Below are positions 1 through 9,063 of a stretch of DNA of 64,000 bases, piece by piece. Positions within the stretch are counted from its first letter, which is position 1, and the number at the start of each line of letters is the position of its first letter. This stretch comes from Candidatus Zixiibacteriota bacterium (GTDB lineage Bacteria; Zixibacteria; MSB-5A5; UM-FILTER-46-8). Both the position numbers and the translations under genes were made by a program. The notes beneath the pieces are model-generated. The model saw only the letters and a list, made by a program, of their open reading frames with translations, did no database searches and was not told the DNA's origin. The stretch lies in contig JALSTH010000027.1 of the NCBI GenBank assembly GCA_026983835.1, positions 10,433 to 74,432 on the forward strand, read 5' to 3'.

Positions 1-1640
1 AGAAGTTAAGGGGGATGTTTGCGATTGCGCTATATGACAAAACCAATAAGAAACTCATTTTAGCAAGGGACAGGATAGGAAAGAAGCCCCTTTATTATTA
101 TCGTGATAGCAAGCGTTTTTATTTCGCATCGGAGATAAAATCCTTGTTCGGTGTCCCGTCTTTTATCAAAGAGGTGGACAATAGATCGATTGCGGATTAT
201 TTGACATACCTTTATATCCCTCCTCCGAAAACGATTTATAAGGGTGTCAAAAAGTTATCTCCCGGCGAAGCACTGATTATTGATGAAAATAATACCGCCT
301 CGATTCGTTATTGGAAATTAAAATTTCGCGGTGAAAATAAAAAGGATTTCCGAGAATTGCAGGAAGAAATTTACGAGAAGCTTTCTGAGGCTGTGCGCAT
401 CCGAATGGTGTCGGATGTCCCGTTGGGGGTGTTTTTATCGGGTGGACTCGACTCCGCAGCGATTACCGGCCTTATGGCTGAGCATAGCTCAAGCCCTGTA
501 AAAGCTTTTACCGTCGGTTTCGCTCGGAGCGATAAGGGATATGATGAGACCGAATATGCAAGGGAGGTTGCGGATAGATTCGATTGCGAATTTCATCACC
601 AAAATCTCAAATATGATGTAGCTTCAATTTTGCCACAGGTGATTTGGCACTTCGATGAACCCTTCGGTAATTCCACCTCCGTTCTCACCTACCTGCTTTC
701 CGAATATACCAGGCAATTTGTTACAGTTGCGCTTTCGGGGACTGGTGGGGATGAGGCTTTTTTGGGCTATCCTCGCTATTGGGGAATGTCGATGGCTGGT
801 ATCTATGGCTTGATTCCCAAACCGCTCCGTTCGGGTTTTATCAATCCGCTTATGCAGACATTGCCGGAATTTACCGGGGGAAATCGTTATTACCATCGCC
901 TTTTCAAGAGGGTAAAGCGTTTTACTTCTTCTTTCGAGAACTCACCCTCGGATCGTTATCTATCTTATCTCGAGTATTTCGATCCAGTTAATAAAACGGC
1001 ATTGCTCAAAAGGGAGTTTTTGGGTGGAATTGAAGATTATAATCCGTTATCGTCGGCATTGAGATATTGGGATACCGAACTGCCCTCAGATTTGCATCGG
1101 GCATACAACATCGATGTGAACAATTTTTTGCCATACAATCAGCTTGAATATATCGATAAAATGAGTATGGCGAAATCGTTGGAGGTCCGTGCTCCGTTTT
1201 GCGACCACGAGTTGATTGAATTTTCCTATGGTATCCCTCCAAATTATAAACTCAAACGAATGGAGGGGAAATATATCCTCAAAAAAGCTATGAAGGGACT
1301 TTTGACGGACGAAATGATTTATAGAAAAAAGGTCGGCTTCGATGCTCCCGTGGGAAGGTGGCTGAAAGGTGGGCTTAAAGATATATTCCTGTTTATGTTT
1401 TCAAATGGTAGATCGAGAGTTTTTAATGGAGATGAAGTGCGAAGGCTTTTTATGATGCATATTAAAGGTCAACGGGATTTATCAGTTCATCTATGGATGA
1501 TTCTCGTTCTGGAGGTGTGGTATCGTATGAATATGGAAAATGATATTGAAGATAAACCGGATTTTAACTTATCGGAATTGCTTGGTTATCGAGAGGGAAA
1601 GGGAATAGGTAATTATGAAACAGGTATTGCAAAATCTTAA
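1..1640 (+). CDS. asnB: Asparagine synthase (glutamine-hydrolysing), 5'-truncated by the window edge
   Basis: The frame is open to the window start (codons K-L-R-G precede the listed Met). GMFAIALYD glutaminase-domain motif and SGGLDSAAI PP-loop of the synthetase domain. Confidence 0.9.
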   Translation, partial: KLRGMFAIALYDKTNKKLILARDRIGKKPLYYYRDSKRFYFASEIKSLFGVPSFIKEVDNRSIADYLTYLYIPPPKTIYKGVKKLSPGEALIIDENNTASIRYWKLKFRGENKKDFRELQEEIYEKLSEAVRIRMVSDVPLGVFLSGGLDSAAITGLMAEHSSSPVKAFTVGFARSDKGYDETEYAREVADRFDCEFHHQNLKYDVASILPQVIWHFDEPFGNSTSVLTYLLSEYTRQFVTVALSGTGGDEAFLGYPRYWGMSMAGIYGLIPKPLRSGFINPLMQTLPEFTGGNRYYHRLFKRVKRFTSSFENSPSDRYLSYLEYFDPVNKTALLKREFLGGIEDYNPLSSALRYWDTELPSDLHRAYNIDVNNFLPYNQLEYIDKMSMAKSLEVRAPFCDHELIEFSYGIPPNYKLKRMEGKYILKKAMKGLLTDEMIYRKKVGFDAPVGRWLKGGLKDIFLFMFSNGRSRVFNGDEVRRLFMMHIKGQRDLSVHLWMILVLEVWYRMNMENDIEDKPDFNLSELLGYREGKGIGNYETGIAKS

Positions 1641-3783
1641 AAGCGGCAGATTAGCAACCGAAGAAGTTCCACCGCCGATATGCAGGAAGGGCGGTTTGTT
1701 GGTTAAGGTTGGATGCTCCCTTATCTCTGCCGGTACCGAAAGATCGAAAGTTGAGGTTGCCAAAGCCGGGTATATCGGCAAAGCCAAAAGAAAGCCCGAA
1801 CAGGTTAGAAAGGTTTTTGATGCCGCCAAACGAGATGGTATTAGGGCGACTTATCAAAAGGTGAAAGATAGGTTGGATCGTTTATCTCCTTTGGGCTATA
1901 GTGTGGCGGGAGAGGTTTTGGAGGTTGGCGCCGATGTGCGGGGGTTCAATGCCGGCGATATGGTTGCCTGCGCAGGTGCTGAATACGCATTCCATTCGGA
2001 ATATATTTTCGTCCCCCAAAATCTCTGCGTGAAAATCCCCGAGGGGTTATCTTTGGAAAAGGCTTCCTTTGCTACTTTGGGGGCAATTGCTATGCAGGGG
2101 TATAGGCAGGCGGATGTTTCACTTGGCAACAGGGTTTTGGTTCTCGGGTTGGGGTTGTTGGGGCAGTTGACGATCGGGTTGGTGAAAGCGGGCGGCGGAA
2201 TAGCATATGGAGTCGATATCGATAAAGATGCCTGCGATAGGGCTTGGGAATCCGGGGCGGATGAGGTTTTTATTCGCTCCGACGATGGAATATATGAGAA
2301 GTTGATGACATTGACGGATAATTTGGGGGTGGACTCGGTTATCGTTACAGCCGCCACATCTTCCAATGATCCAGTTGAGTTCGCCGGTAGGGTCTGCCGT
2401 GATAAGGGGAGGGTAGTTATAGTGGGAGCGGTGCGAACCGATCTGCCTCGTGAGGATTATTATAAAAAGGAATTGGAACTATTGTTTTCCCGTAGCTATG
2501 GTCCGGGTAGATATGATCCTCAATTCGAGGAAAAGGGAATGGCATATCCGATAGGATTTGTTCGTTGGCCCGAAAATCGAAATATGGAAGAGTTTCTGCG
2601 TTTAGTTTCAACGGGTATGATTAAGTTGGATCATCTTATAACACATCGGTTTTCTATCGATGATGCCGCGGATGCTTACCGTGTAGTAGCTGGCGAAACC
2701 GATGAGAAATGCGTGGCGATTACTCTTAACTATAACTCCGCCGGAGACGGCAGAAGATTTATGGTGTTGCGGCATACAGAAGAAACCAAAACGCCCATAA
2801 AGAAGGATAGTGTTCGTATTGGGTTTATCGGCGGAGGGAATTTCGCCCGTTCTATGTTGTTGCCCAATTTGAAATCGGTTGATGGTGTAGTATGCGAAGG
2901 GATAGCTTCCCGTACCGGCGCCAGCGCAAAGGATACCGCCGACAAATTCGGCTTCGCATATTCCACTGCCGACCCGAACGAGATTATCAATAATGAAAAT
3001 ATCGATGTGGTTATGATTGCAACGCGCCACGATTCACATACCGAATTGGTTGCCAAATCCATCGAAGCCGGTAAAACTGTTTTTGTCGAGAAACCTTTGG
3101 CTATCAACTTTGATGAATTGAAGCTTTTAGAAGATATTGTTATGCGCACTAATGCTCGCCTGATGGTGGGATTCAATAGACGCTTCTCCGAAGCAGCCCA
3201 AATAGCCAAACGAATCCTCGATAATTCAAAAGCGCCGATGAATATAATCTATCGTGTAAATGCGGGAATGCTCCCGCGTAATCATTGGGTCCACGATCTC
3301 GATCAGGGGGGAAATAGGATTATCGGCGAGGTTTGTCATTTTGTCGATTTATGTTCATTCTTCGTTGGGTCTCCGGTTAAGGAAGTAAGTGGCTTTGATT
3401 CCGCCGATGCCGGTGTCGATCCGCATTTCTCGGAAAACGCATCCTTTGTATTGAAATTCTCCGATGGGAGTATAGCCTCCGTTATTTATTCTCCCTTCGG
3501 TCCCTCCAATGTGAGCAAGGAGTTTATCGAGATAATGGCTGATGGCAAAGGAGTTATCATAGACGATTTTAAAATGGTCGAAGTTATGGGTAAAGGTAGG
3601 TCGAAAAAGTATCGCATCAAATCAGATTATAAAGGGCATCGGAAGGAAGTGCAATCTTTTCTCTTATCGGTGAAAGATAATGCTCCTATGCCTATTGATA
3701 TTGAGGATATATTTCGGGTGACAAAAGCTTCTTTGACTTTAGCTCTGTTGGGGAGAATATTTTGGGGGGTGCCGATTAAATAA
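1615..3783 (+). CDS. Bi-domain oxidoreductase: N-terminal MDR/zinc-ADH-like half plus C-terminal Gfo/Idh/MocA half
   Basis: Two Rossmann motifs (VLVLGLGLLGQL and IGFIGGGNFARS) and the EKPLA motif typical of Gfo/Idh/MocA. Overlaps asnB by 26 nt. This architecture is typical of polysaccharide biosynthesis loci. Confidence 0.8.
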   Translation: MKQVLQNLKSGRLATEEVPPPICRKGGLLVKVGCSLISAGTERSKVEVAKAGYIGKAKRKPEQVRKVFDAAKRDGIRATYQKVKDRLDRLSPLGYSVAGEVLEVGADVRGFNAGDMVACAGAEYAFHSEYIFVPQNLCVKIPEGLSLEKASFATLGAIAMQGYRQADVSLGNRVLVLGLGLLGQLTIGLVKAGGGIAYGVDIDKDACDRAWESGADEVFIRSDDGIYEKLMTLTDNLGVDSVIVTAATSSNDPVEFAGRVCRDKGRVVIVGAVRTDLPREDYYKKELELLFSRSYGPGRYDPQFEEKGMAYPIGFVRWPENRNMEEFLRLVSTGMIKLDHLITHRFSIDDAADAYRVVAGETDEKCVAITLNYNSAGDGRRFMVLRHTEETKTPIKKDSVRIGFIGGGNFARSMLLPNLKSVDGVVCEGIASRTGASAKDTADKFGFAYSTADPNEIINNENIDVVMIATRHDSHTELVAKSIEAGKTVFVEKPLAINFDELKLLEDIVMRTNARLMVGFNRRFSEAAQIAKRILDNSKAPMNIIYRVNAGMLPRNHWVHDLDQGGNRIIGEVCHFVDLCSFFVGSPVKEVSGFDSADAGVDPHFSENASFVLKFSDGSIASVIYSPFGPSNVSKEFIEIMADGKGVIIDDFKMVEVMGKGRSKKYRIKSDYKGHRKEVQSFLLSVKDNAPMPIDIEDIFRVTKASLTLALLGRIFWGVPIK

Positions 3784-3784
3784 G

Positions 3785-3826
3785 CAAAGAAAAATTGCAG
3801 GCGATGTTTGAGGAATCGCCTGCAAT
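3785..3826 (-). terminator. Rho-independent terminator downstream of cstA; the hairpin could also stop the convergent + gene
   Basis: Perfect 12-bp inverted repeat ATTGCAGGCGAT/ATCGCCTGCAAT (3794-3805 and 3815-3826). On the minus strand it is followed by TTTTTCTTTG. Confidence 0.65.
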
Positions 3827-3881
3827 CATATTGGAAGAGAAATATAAAACAAAAGCTATTAACGGCGAAAGATTGTATTTT

Positions 3882-5558
3882 TTATGTCGTTTCCTTTATT
3901 AATTTAAACTTCTCCGCTTTGATAAATAACAAAACATCTCTCGCCTCAAAAGCAATAAACACAGCCAGAACTATGAGGATGACCGAAAGAATCCCAAGCG
4001 TATAATTACCGGTATCGAAAAATCCGAACATTTGATAAATCAAAGCTGCAACGGTTGTCAAAAGCATAAATATAGCAGGAATAACAGTATAAATTCGCGG
4101 TTTACGGATGCCGACCATATATGATGAAACTACAATCAACGCCAAAGCCGCTACCAATTGATTAGCTGCCCCAAAAACGGGCCAGATGACATTATATGAA
4201 CCGGAGGCGCCCATATAAGCGGCAAATAATATCGTTATAATGGTTGCAATCCAGCGGTTGCCAATCCCTTTGAAACCGGACAATTCGCCGATGAGGAAAC
4301 GCGCAAGTCGTGTAGAAGTATCCAAAGTTGTAATGACAAAAGCGTTTAACATCAACATCCCGATAAAAATCCCGGCTATAAGTGTTATACCCGGAATTGA
4401 GGAAACCATTTTCCCATAACCATTAGCAAATGCGACAATAGGACCACCTCCTTCTCCCATTAGATATTGATACCCGAATTGGGATTGGGCGGCGGATGGA
4501 TCCCAAATCAATGCCGAGGCTGCAATACAAACGACCAAAATCCCAAGCACCGATTCGGTTACCATCCCCCCATATCCTATAAGTCTTCCTTTACTTTCCT
4601 TGTCGAGTTGTTTGGATGTTGTCCCGCCGGCTACAAGGGAATGAAAACCGGACACCGAACTGCAGGCTATCAGCACAAACAACATAGGCCAGAGAGGACC
4701 CTTATCCGAGGTAAATGAAATTACTGCGGGAGCATTAATAGTCGGATGAGCGAGGATTAATCCCAAATAGCCAAGGAATAAACCTATAAACAGCATCCAG
4801 GTAGATAAATAATCCCGCGGCTGCAATAAAAACCATACCGGCAAAACCGAAGCGAATAAGGCATATATCATCAAAACCCAAAACCAAAATGTCATATTTG
4901 TCATCCCCAAAACGGTATCGGGAAGCACAATCGGAACCAAATTTCCCAACCAGAGAAGTATGCCCAAAAGCACCAACGATAATATTGTTCCCACAACAAC
5001 ATTAACGCCCTTACGATAAACCAAATAACCAAAAAACATAGCTATTATTATCAACCCGAAGGTTGGAACGACAATAGACGGTTGCGATATGAATGTTTTT
5101 GCAGTTATTACACCAAAGATTGCTACAACCAACACTAACGCCAACCAAAGGAAAATAGCAAAGATGACTTTTGACTTTTTCCCCAAAGTTAATTGGGCGA
5201 CATCCGCAATTGAATTTCCGCCATTGCGGACAGAGACCATTAGGGCGAGGTAATCATGCACCGCCCCAATAAAAATAGATCCAAGAGCGATCCATATACT
5301 TGCGGCAAGCCACCCGAAATACATAACACCGATAAGGGGTCCCACGATAGGTCCGGCTCCCGCAATGGATGAGAAATGATGCCCGAACAGCAATGATGTT
5401 TTGGCGGGAGAAAAATCGACCCCGTCATAGCGTGTGTGAGCCGGAGTGGGACGATTATCGTCAGGTTCCACCAAGCGCCTTTCAATAAATCTGCCGTAAA
5501 CCTTATATCCGAAAAACAACCAGGCTAAAATAATGACAGCCCATAGTAATGCATTCAT
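3882..5558 (-). CDS. cstA: Carbon starvation protein A (peptide/pyruvate transporter family)
   Basis: 558-aa polytopic membrane protein. The N-terminus (GYKVYGRFIERRL ... FGHHFSSIAGAGPIVGP) is the CstA signature. Confidence 0.9.
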   Translation of the reverse strand: MNALLWAVIILAWLFFGYKVYGRFIERRLVEPDDNRPTPAHTRYDGVDFSPAKTSLLFGHHFSSIAGAGPIVGPLIGVMYFGWLAASIWIALGSIFIGAVHDYLALMVSVRNGGNSIADVAQLTLGKKSKVIFAIFLWLALVLVVAIFGVITAKTFISQPSIVVPTFGLIIIAMFFGYLVYRKGVNVVVGTILSLVLLGILLWLGNLVPIVLPDTVLGMTNMTFWFWVLMIYALFASVLPVWFLLQPRDYLSTWMLFIGLFLGYLGLILAHPTINAPAVISFTSDKGPLWPMLFVLIACSSVSGFHSLVAGGTTSKQLDKESKGRLIGYGGMVTESVLGILVVCIAASALIWDPSAAQSQFGYQYLMGEGGGPIVAFANGYGKMVSSIPGITLIAGIFIGMLMLNAFVITTLDTSTRLARFLIGELSGFKGIGNRWIATIITILFAAYMGASGSYNVIWPVFGAANQLVAALALIVVSSYMVGIRKPRIYTVIPAIFMLLTTVAALIYQMFGFFDTGNYTLGILSVILIVLAVFIAFEARDVLLFIKAEKFKLIKETT

Positions 5559-5663
5559 GGCGTTCTCCTATATTTTTTACCATTATATTCAAACTTCAAA
5601 TTATCGAGCTATTGTTCCCGTACAATGTATAATATTAAGGACAAAAATCGCTTGGTTTGGATT

Positions 5664-6389
5664 TTATGTAGTATAGGGGACAACTTCATCTCCGTATAAA
5701 AGCGGGACCATATCGATATTGCCGATAGAGGAGCAATCGACGACATCCCTTTGGAAACCGAGCAATGAGAGGTGCCTTCCATTTTCGCACATTTCCATCA
5801 TTTGAGGGATACTTTCCCGATACCTTTTAAATAAAGCAACCGAGGCTTCAGCGGCATCATTGGTTGTCGCCGAACGGACATTTTTCATTATGTAATGGAC
5901 GAACATCCCCCCGCAAACGGCATCCTCAAGGCTAAATGTTCCGGATGTCCCGCAGCAAACTATAGAAATATCCCTGCTGATATCGAGGAGATAATCAGCT
6001 GCTCGGGGGAAATTGACGAAGGCGCCCAATGTTGTGGTTTCCCCCGCTTTGCCTAAAATTATCCCTTTTGTCCCGTTGGTGGAAGTGTAAACTATGGATT
6101 TACCGGAGACAGTATCCCGATTGTATTCCCTCGGCGAATTTCCCAAATCAAAACCTTCCAATTTTTCATATCCTCTTTCACCACCCAAAAGAATATTTCC
6201 TTTCGGGTAGCGCCTGGATTCGATTTTTGCTTGGGCTACGCTTTCCACCGGAATAATCCTTTCGGCCCCATTGGCTAACGCGGAAATTAATGTCGTAGTT
6301 GCTCGTAGGACATCAATTATAATTACTCCCCGTCCGCTCAACATTCTTTTTGTTACTTCGCTGGTTGAAAAATAAACCTTAATATCCAT
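5664..6389 (-). CDS. comB: 2-phosphosulfolactate phosphatase family protein (ComB-like)
   Basis: 241 aa. VIIIDVLRATTTLISALANGAERIIPV N-terminal motif characteristic of the ComB family. Confidence 0.75.
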   Translation of the reverse strand: MDIKVYFSTSEVTKRMLSGRGVIIIDVLRATTTLISALANGAERIIPVESVAQAKIESRRYPKGNILLGGERGYEKLEGFDLGNSPREYNRDTVSGKSIVYTSTNGTKGIILGKAGETTTLGAFVNFPRAADYLLDISRDISIVCCGTSGTFSLEDAVCGGMFVHYIMKNVRSATTNDAAEASVALFKRYRESIPQMMEMCENGRHLSLLGFQRDVVDCSSIGNIDMVPLLYGDEVVPYTT

Positions 6390-6499
6390 ATTTTAACCGT
6401 TCAATTAGTCATATTTCCCTTGTAAAATACCCCTGTAGAGTAATCGGCACAGTAAGCGCAGACAATAGGCGAAAGCGCGAATTTTCAATTAAATTTAAA

Positions 6500-8014
6500 T
6501 CAATAAATCCTCAAAGCCGTAATATATGCCTTTGTCAACCCTTTCGGTGTCGCCATCCATAAATAGTCCCCATTGACTGTCAGAGAGTAAACTTGAGAGT
6601 ATGCCAATCCATCGTTTTCAGTAAACAATCTGCTTTCGCCAGTAATCGGGTTTATCCCTACGAGTCCGTTGTCGGTGCCTGCAAATATCTTGTCGCCTAT
6701 GGAAATTATCTGATTTATAATCGCATTACCCAATCCGCTTGGGGAATATTCCCGCCTGATTTCCTTAACCGGATTGAAATAACTTATCGCCCCTTTACGC
6801 CCCAACCATAATCCCTTTGGCGTGGGCAATATCGCCGTTATATCTCCACCCCCTCCAATTGCGGATGGACTGTATGTATGCCAATAATCGCCATTTTCAG
6901 GACGGTAAAACAGTCCCCCGTTGGCGGCAATGTAAACAAAAACAGTATCGATTTCTATATCATATATAAAATTCCCAACGAGCGATTGATCCCTCGGTAA
7001 ACTCGAGGTTTGAAGAGAATCCCCCTTTTTCCCTCCGAATCTAATCAAGTTTACACCGTTATCGGTTCCCACCCAAATGTTTTTTCCATCGGCCTTTACC
7101 GCGGAAATGTAATTGGATAATAATCCATTGAATACCGTAAATGTCTTGAACCTATCCCTCTTCGTATCATACATTATCAAACCGGATGCCGACCCGAACC
7201 AAGCTGTATCACCGTCAATGGTTGCACAATTATATTGGCTACCATCCATACCTGCTTCGTATGGGGCTTCAAAATGTTTCCATTCGTTGGAGCTGAAATC
7301 CATTCGGGATATGCCGCTTCTATTGTCCGCATCTGGATAGCCGCCGCAGAATAAATAATCATCGTTGGAAATCACTACCCTCTGATCCTCGGATAGAGGA
7401 CCGAAAGGCAAAAATTTCAAATCTAAATTTCTTGTGTTAGCCACAGCGGCTCCCAATCCCGCAAAACCGATCCATGCACGATATCTATCATCCGTTATGA
7501 TTTTTGTAATATAAAATTTTCTCCCCTGAGGATCGATGATGTATCCCGGGAAATAGGTGTAGCCAAATTCAGGGAACAGATTGGGGGGATTGAAATTTGT
7601 TGAATTCGGAAGCTCCATTTGGGATGGGAATTGGGTTTCCCTAACGAAATCCTGAAATGTCGGCTCGTAAATACCGACTCCTGAATCGGTATCCAACCAA
7701 AGCTCATTATTGGCAATATCGAATGCAATTCTTTTAATCCTGTTTGAGGGAAATCCATCGGATGTGGTAAGGGGATCTTCCCATCTTTCCGAGAACCTGT
7801 CGAACCGTAATATCCCCGCTTGTTGAGTGGCAAAATAAATATTGTTATTGTCCATCGCTATGGAGGTTATTACTTTGGCTGCCCCTATGCTGACCCAATC
7901 GCCTTCGCTGTATCCCTGTTTGGCTGAATATGTTGTTTCGGAGAATATACTGAAAAGCAACAGACATATCCATATCCCCAATCGAATGAAATTGGCAAGA
8001 GACGATTTTTTCAA
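6500..8014 (-). CDS. Secreted beta-propeller protein with two-component-regulator-propeller (Reg_prop) type repeats
   Basis: N-terminal signal peptide (IWICLLLFSIFSETTYSA). Repeated motifs include NIWVGTDNGVNLI, KIFAGTDNGLVGI, YLWMATPKGLTKA, TAWFGSASGLIMYD and ELWLDTDSGVGIYE. No kinase or other output domain. Confidence 0.7.
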   Translation of the reverse strand: MKKSSLANFIRLGIWICLLLFSIFSETTYSAKQGYSEGDWVSIGAAKVITSIAMDNNNIYFATQQAGILRFDRFSERWEDPLTTSDGFPSNRIKRIAFDIANNELWLDTDSGVGIYEPTFQDFVRETQFPSQMELPNSTNFNPPNLFPEFGYTYFPGYIIDPQGRKFYITKIITDDRYRAWIGFAGLGAAVANTRNLDLKFLPFGPLSEDQRVVISNDDYLFCGGYPDADNRSGISRMDFSSNEWKHFEAPYEAGMDGSQYNCATIDGDTAWFGSASGLIMYDTKRDRFKTFTVFNGLLSNYISAVKADGKNIWVGTDNGVNLIRFGGKKGDSLQTSSLPRDQSLVGNFIYDIEIDTVFVYIAANGGLFYRPENGDYWHTYSPSAIGGGGDITAILPTPKGLWLGRKGAISYFNPVKEIRREYSPSGLGNAIINQIISIGDKIFAGTDNGLVGINPITGESRLFTENDGLAYSQVYSLTVNGDYLWMATPKGLTKAYITALRIY

Positions 8015-8221
8015 TTTAAGCCCTTATTATTATTTTGAATTTCGATATTTCCTTTATCTCCGCGTAAAATCATCTTATCCCGATATTTGTCATCGGAAAA
8101 CCGCTTTTACGGTATATCCCATTTATCGATATCATCATAAACGCAAATATAATCCCAATTTCATACCAATATCAATAGATTTTATTAAATTCCTCTTTTA
8201 CTCCTTTTGGAGAGAATTCAA

Positions 8222-8251
8222 TTGACAAAACTTGATGTGTATCCCTAAAAT
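8222..8251 (+). promoter_or_regulatory. Candidate sigma70-type promoter for the LuxR-family regulator gene
   Basis: TTGACA (8222-8227), 18-nt spacer, TAAAAT (8246-8251). Shares the TTGACAAAA form seen at other promoters in this window. Confidence 0.3.
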
Positions 8252-8371
8252 TTACGATATTCTTAATTTATCAGGAACATTTCTAAATCTTGGTAATAAA
8301 TAGTTGTATTGACTTGTCTTGATTAATTGGCTGGGCAATACAATTTTAATCCTGTCAATTCAGGAGGCTGA

Positions 8372-9025
8372 TTGCCGATAAATATTATCGTTGTTGAAGA
8401 TTATCAAATTATCCTTAAAGGAATTAAGTTGATTTTGGAGCGGTATCCGGATTTTAGGGTAGTTGGAGAGGCTAAAGACGGCGCTGAAGCTGTGGAGTTG
8501 GCTGGAAGGCTCAAACCGGACATTATCTTAATGGATACAAATCTGCCTAAATTGAGCGGTTTTGAAGCCGCTCGGCAGATTAAGAACCAAAATCCAAAAA
8601 CGAAAATATTGATGTTTACAACGCATAATAATGAACGATCTGTCGATGAAGCCCGAAGAATAGGTATTGATGGGTATTTGGCAAAAGATTGCTCTGTGGA
8701 TGAGTTGATTAAGGCTGTACAGATTATTATCGAAGGGACGAAGTATTTTAGGTCCTTGAAAGGTAAAGGAAGTTCTCAACCCCAATTTAGTTTTTCCACC
8801 ACCGATGGTAATACGGCAACCCCGTTTAATACTTTAACCAAGAGGGAACGGGAAGTGCTGAAACTTATTGCCGAAGGTCATACAAATAAGGAAATAGCCC
8901 AAATGCTTTTTTTGAGTGTGAAAACAATAGAGTCCCATCGCACAAATATTATGGAAAAATTAGATGCCCACAAAACCGCGGAATTGGTCAGGTGTGCCAT
9001 CAGAAACGGACTTATTTCCCCTTAA
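8372..9025 (+). CDS. NarL/FixJ (LuxR-type HTH) family response regulator
   Basis: Receiver domain (IIVVEDYQ ... DIILMDTNLPKLSG ... KILMFTTH) plus C-terminal LuxR HTH (LTKREREVLKLIAEGHTNKEIAQMLFLSVKTIESHRTNIMEKL). TTG start preceded by AGGAGG at about 8362. Confidence 0.9.
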   Translation: MPINIIVVEDYQIILKGIKLILERYPDFRVVGEAKDGAEAVELAGRLKPDIILMDTNLPKLSGFEAARQIKNQNPKTKILMFTTHNNERSVDEARRIGIDGYLAKDCSVDELIKAVQIIIEGTKYFRSLKGKGSSQPQFSFSTTDGNTATPFNTLTKREREVLKLIAEGHTNKEIAQMLFLSVKTIESHRTNIMEKLDAHKTAELVRCAIRNGLISP

Positions 9026-9063
9026 ATCTCAAATCTCTTCTGATAAGGTGATAGATAACTGAC

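Noticed and set aside
1896-3209. Long antisense ORFs inside real genes. Examples: 1896-2366, 2608-3030 and 2730-3209. The same pattern occurs at 16296-16751, 39376-39846, 46159-46578, 50385-51050 and 54806-55318.
   Set aside because: They are shadow frames opposite genes with strong family signatures. Their translations are low-complexity (S/P/R/I-rich) with no recognisable motifs or RBSs.
7842-8225. 127-aa + strand ORF spanning the start of the propeller gene and the AT-rich spacer.
   Set aside because: It overlaps the 5' end of a well-supported minus-strand gene. The remainder is AT-rich intergenic sequence giving an F/Y/I/K/N-rich translation, and there is no RBS.
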